From positions 1 to 64,000 of the forward strand of contig KZ538368.1 of assembly GCA_000934665.2 (NCBI GenBank): a stretch of 64,000 bases of DNA. Direction: 5' to 3'. Below are positions 25,001 through 38,837 of this stretch, one piece after another (positions within the stretch are counted from its first letter, which is position 1; the number at the start of each line of letters is the position of its first letter). The notes beneath the pieces are model-generated. The model saw only the letters and a list, made by a program, of their open reading frames with translations. It searched no databases and had not been told where the DNA came from. Source of the stretch: Catajapyx aquilonaris. Taxonomy: Eukaryota. A program made the position numbers and the translations under genes.

Positions 25001-27355
25001 GAAGCCCCGGGAACCCCCCCTACCGTTTCCAATCTGCGACCATATGAAACATTCAATTTTCTCCGGGAATCCGCAGCCGGCAGACGACGCAACAGTTGAA
25101 ATAAATCAGCTGTAACATCCCCAGGAGCCCGTAAGCCAGTGGCGCATAAGTGCAGATGACAAAACAAGCTTTAGTGTACTCAAGTGCACACTGATATAAT
25201 ACATCATGAAGCACGCACTTGGAAACAGACATTGCGATCTATTTTTCGCACTGGGCCAAGGTCAGCAGCATATACGCGTGAGCAACTCCCGGTACCCTGC
25301 ATCCTGGTGGTTAGGCAACCAAACCAGCATTGCTCGTCCCAGCAGGGTACAATTTTGCCCCTTTTTGTTGACACCATCCTGCCACCAACCTGCCGTGCAT
25401 CATAAACACCCACTTTAAATTTACATACAGACTTTCGTGTACGCACAACCACACCCGTCCCCCTAACTCGCACAAAAAAAATTAAAAAAAAATCGACCAG
25501 ATGCGGTACAAATCTCCGTAATAGCCAAGTACAGTAATGAAAAAAATTTAACAAGGAAGTCCACTTTAGATCGACAATGAAATATCGATGGTCACTCCAC
25601 TACGACTTTAAAAAAATCACTGGTCACAGCTGAGTCGACACTTACTGGAAGGTTTCTATAAAATGCGCATAAAAAATTAGGCTGTTTTCGTCTTACATGG
25701 ACTATCCGGGGCTTCGGGACTAGCGAACTAGCGACCTTGATCAATACTGATCGTTGAAAACATCTCCATTAATAGACCCGGCAGTTTTTTTTCCACCTAC
25801 CTACACTATCAGGGCGCCAAGTCAAACAGACGTCAGCATAACTAAAAGCTTCCAAGACAGTACGGACATCCCACCCTGCCATCTCAACCAAACAGCATAC
25901 GCTGACCCTAACAAAATTTATACCTGGACTGAAACCGCACCGAATCTAATAACGACGAATCCCCATAGCTCAAGGGCCATTATGGTCCAGACTCGCACTT
26001 ATTCATTGGATGGCCCACCCAATGAATAAGTCATACGCCCACAAATGCGACGATTAGCCTGAAAAGCGAAATTATATATATATATAGAAAATATATATAT
26101 ATATATATGGGCTTGGTTAGTGGGCAGGGCAAGGGCGGGGACGTTCTCCTTACTGCCATAAATATTGATCCACTGGATTTTGGGTCTCTTCTGTTCACAG
26201 CTGCGCCTCCCTGCCCACTACCCTCATCTGCCCTTATGCAACACACACACAGTCTCGGATGGCCCCTGGTCAGGACGGGGTAAAACGAAACAATCCTCTT
26301 TGACGTCATTCGCGAGGTGGCATGGCAACTAAGTAAGTAATCATTTCCATTCTGGGACCGCGCTGACTAAAAAACACGATCGCCTTACTCTCTCTCTCTT
26401 TTTTTTTTACTCATTACAATGGCACACTTTGACATTTCCCGCACTGACGCAGGCGGTGCTTCGACAGGTACGGGTCACCGCTCACCTATATGCAGACTCC
26501 CCCAGGTGATGAGTTTACCCCTGCTTAGACAACAGGCTTTGCCTGCTCCTCAGGGTGTACCTATAACCCTTCTTGAATATCGCGGTTGAAACTATTGGCC
26601 AAATATTGGAAAATCGTGATGAATTTTGGCCCCACAGAAGACTCAGAAGCACACAAAATGTTCCTAGCGAAGGTTGCCGAAGCCTGCACAATGTCGGCCC
26701 AGGCCTTTTTTTTTTTAAAAAAAAAGGCCCATAATGGAGCCCCGTTGTGCACCTTACGATATGACTGTACTAGCAGGGTTTTTCTATTCAAAAATCTGAT
26801 CACAATCGAGCTGGAGGAAATTGCATCACATTTCCTCCGCGTTTGCAGAATAGACAAAAGGGCATGTGAAAACGGTCTGAAGATCCGTTTCTTTTGAAGC
26901 TACAAGCATTCTTGCTCCGAGATCAAATATCGACTTAACGAGCTACTTATTTCGCCTTATAACTTTTGAACGACATAAAAAACACGGTGGAAAATGGCAT
27001 GCGACGTGCTGTCGCAATTTGCAAGATGAAACGCAGCCACGTGAAAGGCAGCAAAAAAAAAACAATTTTGACAAACAGTTCAGAACTTCAGCGTCGACTC
27101 GGGACCAAATTTCAATAAAATGAGCGGCCAGAATTGGTCCGGAAACAAACCACATCATGAAATCGGCTTCTACCGTCCAATTTCCACTCATTGTGTGCCG
27201 ACCCCTACAAAAATATTGACACAGTCGAGGTCCAATCGATCCTCACCTCGGCCATTCCCTCCTATCAATCCAACCCTCCAGCTCTTACTTGTCACCGACT
27301 GGATGCGACCCATTGTCACCCCTACAGATCTGGAAGATGTGGACGTCGACCTCAC

Positions 27356-27481
27356 CTGAGACATGTTGATTGATCCTTCCGCCAGGGTCTTGAACCCCAG
27401 AAAGGTGCGGTTCTTGTATTTTTTACGCCTCTGCAACATGATGTGAAGTTTGTTGCCTTCTCTCTTCAGGAAATGTGGATA
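27356..27481 (-). CDS. PACS2: PACS coding exon 4 ([42 protein letters not shown])
   Basis: acceptor ccacag|, donor CAG|gtgagg; 126 nt; highly conserved PACS segment. Confidence 0.97.
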
Positions 27482-27579
27482 CTGTGGACAAAACCAAAAG
27501 GCACAATTACTACTTTAATCTACAATTAAGTGGTCAATTTACACAGCCACCAGACAACTGTAATTGGTTTAAACCTGTT

Positions 27580-27778
27580 CCACTATTTAGTTGCTAGGTA
27601 TACAGTAGTACTAGCCAAGGCGCAATTGACCATCCAACTGCATGCCAACATGAATAAATTTTGTTCCCATCAAACAAAAGAACCCGACAGGAACAAAATT
27701 TACTCCATGTTGACATGCTGCAGTCAATATTGCCCGTGAGTTGCCAATAGTGTACAGTACTTAGCAACTAAACAGTGG
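27580..27778. repeat. Degenerate inverted repeat (old MITE)
   Basis: CCACTATTTAGTTGCTAGGTA / TACTTAGCAACTAAACAGTGG and inner CAACATGAATAAATTTTGTTCC / GGAACAAAATTTACTCCATGTTG. Confidence 0.65.
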
Positions 27779-30700
27779 TCCTATAGTACAGTTTCCTCGC
27801 TGTGTAAATGACCTCCCAAGAAGTCAGGCTATCAATTGCGCAGCAAAACCAACATTTGAACTTTCTGCTAGCAACTTGTGTCTGTGTTCCGTGTTTATAC
27901 CAACTGATGCCGCTAATCCAGAACTGTCTCTGGCAATATATCGTTCTCAGGTACGCCTCTGGTTGTCAGGGGCAACGTGCGGTCGATACTGCTGTAACAT
28001 CTGTCACAATCGATATTTTAAAAATCCGTGGAATTAATGAAAAACCACTTACACTAAGTACCTAGATTGAGCGTTCCACTCGAAATGTGTGAAATATTTT
28101 CGCGGCCCGATTTCAGTAATTTTCGTGAATAAATGAAGTTACCCACGAGGTACTAACCAGTCCGGAATTGAATGAAGTGCCATTCATTATACGTTCCACG
28201 TACAGTAACTGACCACAAAAAGGAAATACTGAAAATTACCCTTACGGATCAAGGGGAAGCTGGTGTGATATATCACTCAGCGATCCACTCCAAATATTTC
28301 AAATCGTTGAACTCGTAGTGCGTAATTAAGTACTGTAGCTCGCATATACTGTATTGCTGGAAAAAAATCGCTTGAACATGAAATTATACAGTTAGGTTGT
28401 GTTTGCTGCTGAAACTAACCACATATTCGGATATAGCAATTTTGTCTTATTTTTTTGAGGCCCAACTTTGCAACAATACCGAACCCTCCCTGTAAGTTCA
28501 GAATAGGTTCACTAACGCAGTTATTCTGCTTGGCGAGACGGCAACCCCGTTAAGACAGCCCACGTTTGTATCAGTTCCGCGCCACATGCTCCGTTGTCAC
28601 ATGCAGCGGACTAAAGGTCACCACATGTACTACCTGCAAAAATCCATGATAGGACACAAGGAGTGACGTCATCACCATCCACATCACGCAGTTGGAACCC
28701 TCCCCGCACAACCCAATTATGCTCTTTCTGGCTGACCTTAACTTGACAAATTAATGTACTGCCAGAACTAATTACACGAATGGCTAGTTAGAGCGCCCAA
28801 GTGAAAGCTACGCCTCGCCTGATCCGATCGTGACCTCTGACCAATCATGGCATGCTTGGCCAGCCTCCGGTACTGGCACCGGGTCAAGATCAAGTAGGGC
28901 TTAGAATATCCTCCGATGACCCTATAGAAAGCCTCTACCCGGATTTCGCCTGGTGCTGGCTCCACTGGAGGCCGCGGCTATAAATCTTTGCTCTGGTATG
29001 CAGCATGTATGTCAGCTAACTAAATTATTATTTCATACTCGTACGCGGAGGGCTATACATTTTTAAAAACCGCAATGTCACACTTTTAAGGTTACTGCCT
29101 GCCAGGCAAATTACTCTGGCGCCATTGTAGAATGTGTTCAGCTTTAAGAGCAAAGATCACCGGGGGTAAACAACATTTGCAATTAAAGTGGAAGATTTCT
29201 TCAATATGCCTCCAAGAGCGCATTTCAAGCAGGCCAATCTTACCGGGGAGGACGATTAGGTGCTCAAATCGCGTTTCATTCTAGGCTGGCTTTAATCCCC
29301 ATAATTGAAGAGTACTTTTCAACTCTTCAATTGCACCCTGGCGATGAAAATCTGGTCCACTTAAAGAAAAGTTCGCAAATAAAACGGGTTGCAATCTGAG
29401 GTAGGCCTATATCAAATCACAAATTACATGTGCTTTAAAAAAAGATCAGCGGCACTGGAATTGTATCATATGACACGAAGATTAATTATGTTATCTACAT
29501 ACAAACCGCATTATTGGCTACTTCTATCATTTTGTTGGAATCTGCACATTTGCCTAGGGCATACGACCAATAACAACAGACACATTGGTAAAACACAAAA
29601 TAAACCATCTTTATGCATTTATTTCAGAGTAATATAATCTTCCGTCCCTTTCGGTGCTTACGCAATTGTGTTTTATTGATCTTTTCTTCCGCAGTTTTTA
29701 ATACCCTGAGCACGCAACTGCCACGGCACATAGGGCAAACACTACATATGTACCAGAGTGCCCAAACAAGTTTCAGCAATTTGGCACCCCAAAACTGACG
29801 GCATATCACTCTGCAGGCACGTGTTCGACAACTCCAAACAAAATGAAATAACTCGCTGTATTCGCTCACACCCTGTGTATATAAGAAACTATAACACAAA
29901 ATCGAAGCCATTCCCGGAATTCTTCCCAGGAGAATATACGCGCACAGTAAATTAAAGAACTTCGGAAATAAATTGCATTCCTACCTACAGTAGAACCGGG
30001 ATTCACATTCTTCCAACTCCTCCCCGCAAAAATGCGCCCCAGTAATACTGTACATCCCGCAAAACATTCAGTCAAAATTCGGTCGCCACTCACAAAAGCG
30101 GTTATGTTACATCAAAGAATTTTTTCCCACTACAAGTCCTTAATTATCAACGTAGCTTTTGAATGCACCTTTTGTTCACTTGGCCGTAAATCGGTTTTTT
30201 TGTACTCTATATTTCCACCATCTGATCAAACGTCGTTTTTTTCACACAATTGCTCGCAATTGTGCCATTTTTTCTATCTCAGATCTCTAGACGCCTAACT
30301 TCTCCTGGACGCTTCCTTTTTACTGCTGATTTCAACACGACTCCCTGAAGACAACCGCAAGCTTCGATCGGCCCTTGTTATCCACCCCCTCATACTCCTT
30401 CGTCCCATCTAAATGTAGATGACGCTCAAAATTCTTCCACTCTCTTCGTATCCGCAGGGACAGAAAAAAAAAAGACCTTCAACCACCGAATATTCCGGGA
30501 GCCGTGCACAGGTTACATTGTATTCCTACTAGAGAATTTGGAGATTGCGCGTGAAAACCGATGCTTGAAAACTAGAGCATCGATCCCCCGTTCCTGAAAC
30601 ATGACTACATGAGGTTGGGCGCATTGGGCAGTTCCGCAGTGGGTGGTATGAAGTGGGTGCCAAAAAAATGTGTGTTTTTTTTTGCACAAAAAAACACACA

Positions 30701-33700
30701 CACAACAGGTCTGCCTTGGAGCCTAAGTCAGCCCGCAACAAAACGCAGAGTTTATTGACTCATACAGCCTGCATGCATAATAGACCACATAGTCTGGCTA
30801 GTCCCAGAGGCAGACCTCGAGTCAGCTACCCTCTCTCAATACCCTTTTCGCGGCGCACAATTCATGCTGCATTCCTGAACCCCTCCGTGTTCTAGCCAAG
30901 CAATTAAATCTGGAATGCTAGATCTTATTCTAGACACCACCAAATCGATGACGTTTCGTTGTGCTTGCTACTGGTCACTAGAAAAAAAGCCCCCCCCCCA
31001 CCCCCNCCCCCCCCCCTGTACTGACGCGGAGTCACATTGCCTCAGCCCAAATACTGCCAATATTTTGCAAAATAATTTTTAAAATCATGGCTTAATGCCA
31101 GAAAAATTCCATCAGCCCTCAATATTTTGGAAGCACATGGCACGGGGTCAAGCATATATAAAACCCACATTTTCCCCACCGTGTCAGTGTCCATCACTCT
31201 GGAAATATAAACAGCAACAATTATCCGGTTGTGTGAACTGCGTCGCAGATCAGTCCGCTGAAGTGAACCCACCAAATGAACTTGATACCGCAGCCTATAA
31301 ATTGATAGCAGCTCCAAATCCTAATCTCATCCAGTTCCGTAGCGCCTCCCAACCGAGGTGAAGTCCGACTTTATTACAGGCGGGGCATTAGCCTAACCTT
31401 GCAAAGCACAGTGCTACGAATTACAGTCAAAGAGCATTGGGGTGGGGGCAGGATTTCCTTTCTTTCTGACTCATCGTAGCTATCTAGAGTGGATAAAAAC
31501 CGTCCGGAAACCCTCAATAAAATGCGTGCAGCAGCGCAAATTTATAGTCTCCGCTGGGTTTTTGGAGGAAGCCTACAGCCTACATGTAACTGCATAGCAA
31601 ACTGAGCTGCCAAGTAATTAAACCGGATAAAAAAAATATCCAGCATCCCGTTGCTCCCACACATGTTCGCACATGCCATCCTTGCAAAGTAGGCTCGTGA
31701 TCACTGTCATTAAGCCGGCGAATCAAGCCCACTTTTGCCTACTGAAGTATTTCATTATTCATGGAGGCGGCGTGAGTGGCGCCTAGAATATTTATTAATG
31801 GCTGAACCCGGTCTCTCCGCTTCTGCCCCATTCATGAAAACTCCCAGTTACCGTCTAAACAACCCCATGACTCATACTGTAAGCAACTCGGTTAACCTGC
31901 AGATAAAAGTATTCCTTATCCCTTTGCTCAGAGATCCATAATGGGACTGATCAAACTCCGCAGTAGTTCAAAAGCCGAGTTAAGTCATCTCTAAATTACT
32001 CCTGCAGAAGATACACGGAACTTACATTAATCCCACCTTATTATCGTACTTATGCAGGCTACGGCTACAGTCAGCTTACGTTGATGAAAGTGTTGGGGAA
32101 TAGAGAGTATAACATCCTAATGCGATGCTCTGTGAGGGCTTCATAATCTACACTGACACTGCGCCAAAGGCTTACTTCGGCAATAAACTAGGATAAGAGG
32201 AACTGAACAGTGACCATGTTGGGTATCTAAAAGATGCTTCTCAGAAGCAGCTTTATAACACCAGTCCTATAGGAGCGATCAAGATAAAATTAAGCGATAA
32301 GTATCCTTGTATATCGCTTATCGTTCCTATATATTCCGCCCATTTTTAGCATCCGGCTTCTCTAGATGGGTGTGATGCAGATAAGAACTATTCACCGACT
32401 GGTTTTGACGCGATTTATTCTACAATTTACGCTGAATGAAATCGTTGCTTTAACCGAACTGATGAAAGGCACAAGTTAAGGTATTCGAAACTGCGGCTTT
32501 CGAATGGCATGAGAGGCTTACCGACGTACAACCACGACCTATCCGCTGCTATGAGGCTTCTTGCTTCACGGGAGAATCCAGGACGACCTTACACCAGAAA
32601 TGCTGCTATAATTAATTTCCATTGACTCAAGTCTACCAGTATTTGACCTGTATAAATAAGCTCAGCAGTGTTTGCACACGCGGAGAACAACCACTCGCCC
32701 AAGAGTAGGTGAAAATGACGTAACCATCATTTTCTTAATTATTATAGGCTTACTGAACATTTGAAATTGGCACACTGCTTTGACATGAAAATATTTTTAT
32801 GTACCAAAGAGAAGCACAAATGGATTTCTTGCTATGACAGGTTCGTTAAATTTTACTTGTCCAAAATTGGGCATCAAATTCACCGTAAAGTTCAGGTTCA
32901 CAAAATTTCGTCCCATCACATTTCATGAACGGATGTGACATATGCAGTGGCCTGCCCAAACCACTGCACTGTTGCAATTTACAGATCTACTATTTTTTCT
33001 GAAGTTCATCATGTTCTGATTCCTACGGTACTATATACAAAAAAAAATGTAGAATTTTCTTCCACCGTTCAAAAATAATCACATTATCAAACAATATTAT
33101 CAATTACGTATATTATTATCCCAAACAAACTGAAAATATTCCCACACGTCTCACCTTGAAAACGTAATCATATCTCCCTCTCCCATTGCATAACCCGGAA
33201 TTAGCCGATTGGCACCGCCATTACGCCCCCCGGGCGGCCCTCGAGATTTCAAAAAATATATATATCTTCAGCATCTCCCCCCATGTGCTTCCGGCTTTTC
33301 TTCGCCCCGGATTTCAAAATGATTCATGAATGCAGATGGTTGCAATGAGTTCTAGTGTTCGTCCCGCGTCTTGTCTAATTATTTCCCCTCAGCCGACTTG
33401 CTGCTCCTGCAAAGTCCCCGTCTCCTTCTCCTCCTCAGGGCCTAATTCATTCCCTGACATTTCCTCGCTCGCATTTCAATAACGCACTTCTCGCCTTTCA
33501 GATGCAGTCGACACGAATTATTACTGACTCCGCTCCTCCTCATCGTGTCTCCAGACTCAATTTGGTTTTCAGGACCGTCTCTCCTGCAGAACTCTGCTTC
33601 ATAAATCTCCACCGCCAGACGTATACCCGCCCGTGCAAATGTCCATGAGAATGTACAAACCCACCTCATTTGCATACTGCGGAATCAGGCATTCGAGAAG

Positions 33701-33709
33701 GGGGCTCAC

Positions 33710-33799
33710 CTGCAGGGAAAACGTGAGGTCCAATTCGGTGTCCAGAAGGCCGTTTGAAGGCAGAAGAATCTCATTGGAGCGAAGAGTCCTCTTGGAGCT
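33710..33799 (-). CDS. PACS2: PACS coding exon 3 ([30 protein letters not shown])
   Basis: acceptor tttcag|, donor CAG|gtgagc; 90 nt; furin-binding-region motif. Confidence 0.96.
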
Positions 33800-35032
33800 C
33801 TGAAAGTGGTCACGGGATATTAGCACAGTGCAAAAGAAGAAAAAAAGAAAAAAAAAACACCAATGACACTACAGACTGCGTCGCTATTGTCCCCACACAA
33901 TAGGTCTGCTCGCTTCATCGCGCTCTAACCATGCCATAATAGCCTAGGGTAGACCGCAAGCGTGGAATATAGACCTCTTGTCACATTGAAAACGTTCGAG
34001 GCGGTCAAATAAACGTTTCTGACACGGACGAACATTGTCAAGTGACAACCTAAAATTTTCCACCGACTGCCCAATGTATGCCTCAAGTACATACAGGACA
34101 GGCTCAAAGTGGGTCACAGCCCTGGCAAACATGTCTGCAGGTGCACAATTTATGCATGAAAAAAACATGCAGGGAAGTCTAACCCGCAGGATACATTTCA
34201 TGCGATATATTTCCTGCGTGCGCATAATACACCCCATATCAATGAGCTTCCAAAAACCTACTGTTACGCACACAAATTAATGGTCGAATGCAAAAGTCCT
34301 CCAGATTATAGCAATTATCAACGTTCAATTAGCCACAGAATCTCTCATTTTAAAAACCCAGAAGGTGTATAAAAAAAAAAACACCTTATCTTTATACGCC
34401 CTCCCCACTCATTACTTTTATCTCCCTTGCACCACGTGACACTCATTTCCTCACTTCACTCACGTATTTTGACTCCCCGAGTTCAGGTAGAGAGAAAAAA
34501 AAAAACACAAGGTATGTGGAGCGTGGCCAAGGCTCATTAATTATTTTATAAGTTGAGAGTCGAGAGATCTTACTTGATCTATATATCCATTTGATCTGTA
34601 AGTTTCCTGCCCTATAATTGGGTCCTGAGTCAGCTGGTAAAAACCACTGGAAGGTCTCCTGCCAGAGGTGATCTTGGGAGCCAATTTTTGTCTCCCAGGA
34701 ACAATCACATCTTTCACTGCTGACTATGGCAGTATCGGACGGGAAAATCGCGCCCTTGATCTCTCAACCTTTACGCTTCAGGGTGTTACCTCACGGTTGA
34801 TAGGGGGCCTTCGTGTTCCTACACCCCCTTTCCCTTCCCTATTCTTCATAAAAAGAACCCCCAGCACCACCTTCTCTCCCTCATTACTGCTTTCCGATGA
34901 AGTTCTTGACCAAACTATAGTTAGTTTACAAATTTAATTGATACTATGAGAAGCGGTCTCCTGATGGTCATCAGTACGCACACATCCATATAGCCCAGCA
35001 AGTGACCTTTAGAAACGCATTATGTTGGATAG

Positions 35033-35133
35033 ACTCATGGTAACCCTGCAGCTCTGCATATCCGAACAAATGCGAGAATAAAATTTATTCTCGAATTTGT
35101 TCGGATATGCAGAGCTGCAGTGTTACCATGAGT
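35033..35133. repeat. Near-perfect 50-bp-arm palindrome
   Basis: ACTCATGGTAACCCTGCAGCTCTGCATATCCGAACAAATGCGAGAATAAA paired with its reverse complement, 2 mismatches. Confidence 0.93.
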
Positions 35134-38100
35134 GATATTTAATATCACCCTGCAATCTCTCGCCAAAGTTATACATGTCAGGTTCACAAGTCTCACAATG
35201 ACAGTAATGCCGTTATAAGGTAAAATTCCTCTACGAATGTCTGCTTTCACCTTCAAATATGCGTTTATATGCACCCGATTCCAACTTCCGACTTATTTTT
35301 CACATCACGTACTGAATCAGGTCTGAATAACGATTTCCACTTCTTAAAAGCGTCATCACAAAGCGCTTCACTATTATTCGAAAGCAATATAACTTGGGAG
35401 CCACATTTTCTGGCTGCAACGGAGAAAACCCATTTTCTACTCTTGATGTCGGTTATAAGCAGGTAATAAGGCAGGTAATTGAGTTTAGCTTGAGCTCTCT
35501 GTAATATGATGCCACAATTTGGAATGTCCCCGATGCCCGTTCCCGTGCTTCAAAATTAGCGTACGGTCGCATTTTCCACTTCTGTGCAGCCACCGACACC
35601 GCAATGTGCACGATGCAGCATATTGAAAAACATCAATATTAGACTGAATTTTTTACAACGGAACCCCCCCCCCCCCCCCCGAGAATTCAAAAGTGTTTCA
35701 GGCATATATTACAGCATATCCTGAGTCCTTTTGGCGCAGTCTATTATTATTTATAGCATTCTACCGCGTACCTAAAAATATCACAGTATTCAACACTACG
35801 GGATTATTACCATCATGCAAAATATCTGCAGCGCAAAAACCCTTCTAGGGCATTGTTCTAGCCGAAGCTATAAAAAGAAGCTTCCGTGCTGGAATCGTCA
35901 GCTGCTGCGAATATACGTCGCGAATTCTCAGCACCGTCTCTCCAATTATCCCTCAGGCCCTTAATTGGCACAATGACCTAATCATATACATGTCCCTCCA
36001 CGAAACGTATCCCAAGCCGTCAGATTCCCACACAAATGAAAAGTCCCGCCAATGCCAACCCCATCCTTCCTTATTGAACATTCCAAATTGATCCCATTTC
36101 CATATGGCGTGCAATAATCTTGACCGCACACAAAGAGCATTAAAATGCAATGATAGCAGCAAAGCCCCCGCTGATAATTGATGAAATATTCCGGCGGTGG
36201 TTCCTGAACACGCCAAATGAAAACGTGAACAAAAAAAACAAAAAAACGGACGGGGTCGACATGGAATGGTGATCCTCCTTCCCCAAGCCAGGCTCCGCTC
36301 CGGGCAATGTTAGGATTCAGCCACATCCTGCAATTAATTTGGAAGCTCAAAGGGGGGCCAGTCATTTGCCTTTCCAGCTCAGATATCGAAACCCTGCGCT
36401 AAATGACGGGGGAGTTTCGCAGTGTACAGTAGTTCAATTTTCTGCCCAGAGATTGATTCCTAATGCAAACTCGACCCTAACCTACTCCAACTTCACTGTA
36501 GGTCCTAACCTCTAGGGGAAGTCGCGGAATGTCACCTACACGAGAACTCAAGTGCACTCCATGTACCGGCCCAGTTCCTGATTCTCCCAAAGTCATTGAA
36601 CAATTTTCTATTGCCCTTGGGGGAAAGCTCCTTGAGGATAAAATAGGTATAATTATGAATGACGACGCAGAAATTTGCTTGTGGCGTATATTATGTCGTA
36701 AAAATACTTTTGTTCGAGGATATCCATCAAGGAGAGGAAATTGCACACCCACATAAATATAGCACGCCTTAACGAGATAAAGAGATCGATTAAGGGTCCT
36801 TATCCTGCAGCATTCGCCGGACAATGCCCAGCTGACCACAAAAGACAGCTTTCTCTCTTGATGACGGTTTCTTCAGAAAACCACCCTGACATCATTTATG
36901 AAATCGATGTGACTGCGGGAGAAACCCACTCACAACCGACAAACCTATATTATTTTTTCCCCTATATAAAACCGGAGCTATCCCCTCGACTGCATTTCCC
37001 ATTTGAGTTCCACTAATGGCCCCGCTACTCTACAAAATTATTCCTAGTGGTCATTGAACAATCCGTAAATTCCTGGGGTGATCAAACGGATGCTGTAGGG
37101 TCTCTGTGGCCCCCTCTTTCGAAAAACAGCTGGCCAACGGTTAAGTTACCACTAATCCTCAAGATGATTCTCCCCATCAGTCGATTGCTCCAACTTTTTT
37201 TCCACAAGCGACTAGACCCTCACTAAATCCATCTTGCGCTAAGTGAATGATTTAAAAAAAGTTCGACACTGAATGCCCTATCCCAACAATGCATAAAGGC
37301 TGATGCAGCTCCGAGGCTCAACGTGGCGGAACATTTCCCCCGGGCAAAATGTGGGGGCCCGGGCCACAAATCGATGCCGGACGCTTTTTGGTTAGCGAAC
37401 TAAAAAAAGAAGAAAAAAAAAAAGAAAAAAAATACGGTCGTTGAATACACGTTGACGTGATGGCGGCGGGGCGTCGAACCCTAGGGTGAAAATGTTCTGA
37501 GGGGGACTGCGGGTCGAATCGTAACCATGAAGATGATGATGGTGACACATCTGCAAATCTACACTCCGCCTTTTCCTCAGGAAACGCCAATCAAATGGCG
37601 GATTTTCCCATCACTCTCACACCATTCTGTTCGCCCCACCGAATCGCACTTTCTTATCTCGCCTTTCTCACCCGCCCTATTTCTGTAATAAAACCACCCT
37701 AGCTATTAGCCAGTCTCTTCATTCCCCTTCAGAAATCCTTACTATATACTGGCACTGACCTGTCCCAGCCTCTTTCAGCAATCCTCTACAAACGTTCAGT
37801 AAATTACACGCGTACAGTTTCAAACAAGCCACTGTGTATTCTTCCATTCAACTAAAATTAGCTACCCATAATTTATAAGTTGATTAACAACCTGCAAAGC
37901 CCCTGAGGCTTCATGCACGGCAACACAAATCACCTTTATATACTAGCGACATCTCTATAAATACGTTACTATCCACTCTCAGTGACGCGCTACAACCTCG
38001 GGGCCTCCTGAGAATATTCCTGGTAATGACAGTCTATACCGCCAGCAATCATGTAACCGACAGTGCACTGAACTGCATGCCAGGGTCCATTCACCGCTGG

Positions 38101-38575
38101 CAAAAAATATATATAATAATAAAAAGCCTACAGGCAAATAAAGTACACTTTATAGCCACGAATCAAATATAGTTTGCATCTTTGGTGCGCAATTCCTCAG
38201 TCCAAGGGCACAAAGGGTTTCTGAGCTGGAGAATCCTCCGGCAGCACATGCTCACAAAGGATGTGGCTTTCCCTGATGGAAATTCCTATGCAGATCTCCT
38301 TCCTCCGCCTTCCCAAAATCCTTAGAACTTCCATTTTCTGCTACATATATAAATTCACGCAGCACACTTCCAACCCGCCAGACTCCATGAAACAAAGCAA
38401 TCTCCAAAAACAAGGTGCAATTTACCCCCCAAAAAGGGAATTCTCCACTTCCCACCAAATCCAAGAGGGCTCGTCTCAAGTGTGCAAACATAACGGGAAC
38501 CGCAATCTTTGTCTTTGCAAATGACGTCACAGCCATGACAGATTCCCACAGTGACAACGACAGCCTCTCCCCTCC

Positions 38576-38608
<33 letters not shown>

Positions 38609-38749
38609 CGCCTCCCATCCTCATTTATCACTGGAAAATTCCATTCCACCTCCCAAGCACCCAGGGACAAAACCTTCAGAAAGAAACAAACCAAACCTCA
38701 ACACTTGCTAGCCATGCATAATGTTCGGTGTATAGAATGTGCTACTAAC

Positions 38750-38837
38750 CTGCATTTTGACGGCTATAAGTATGGAAGTCATGTCGGTCCCCAGAGGTTT
38801 CAACACCACCAGGCGGGAGAGAGTTAACGAGCATAAT
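38750..38837 (-). CDS. PACS2: PACS coding exon 2 (LCSLTLSRLVVLKPLGTDMTSILIAVKMQ)
   Basis: Not in ORF track; acceptor tttctttgcag|, donor CAG|gttagt; 88 nt, phase 2 to 0. Confidence 0.95.

Noticed and set aside
29303..29332. Tiny palindrome AATTGAAGAGT...ACTCTTCAATT with Sola-like ends (also a 12-bp stem at 41992-42025)
   Set aside because: Too short to separate from chance.
36477..36839. ORF containing CSMTL, resembling PACS LCSLTL
   Set aside because: No further similarity; the true exon 2 is at 38750-38837.
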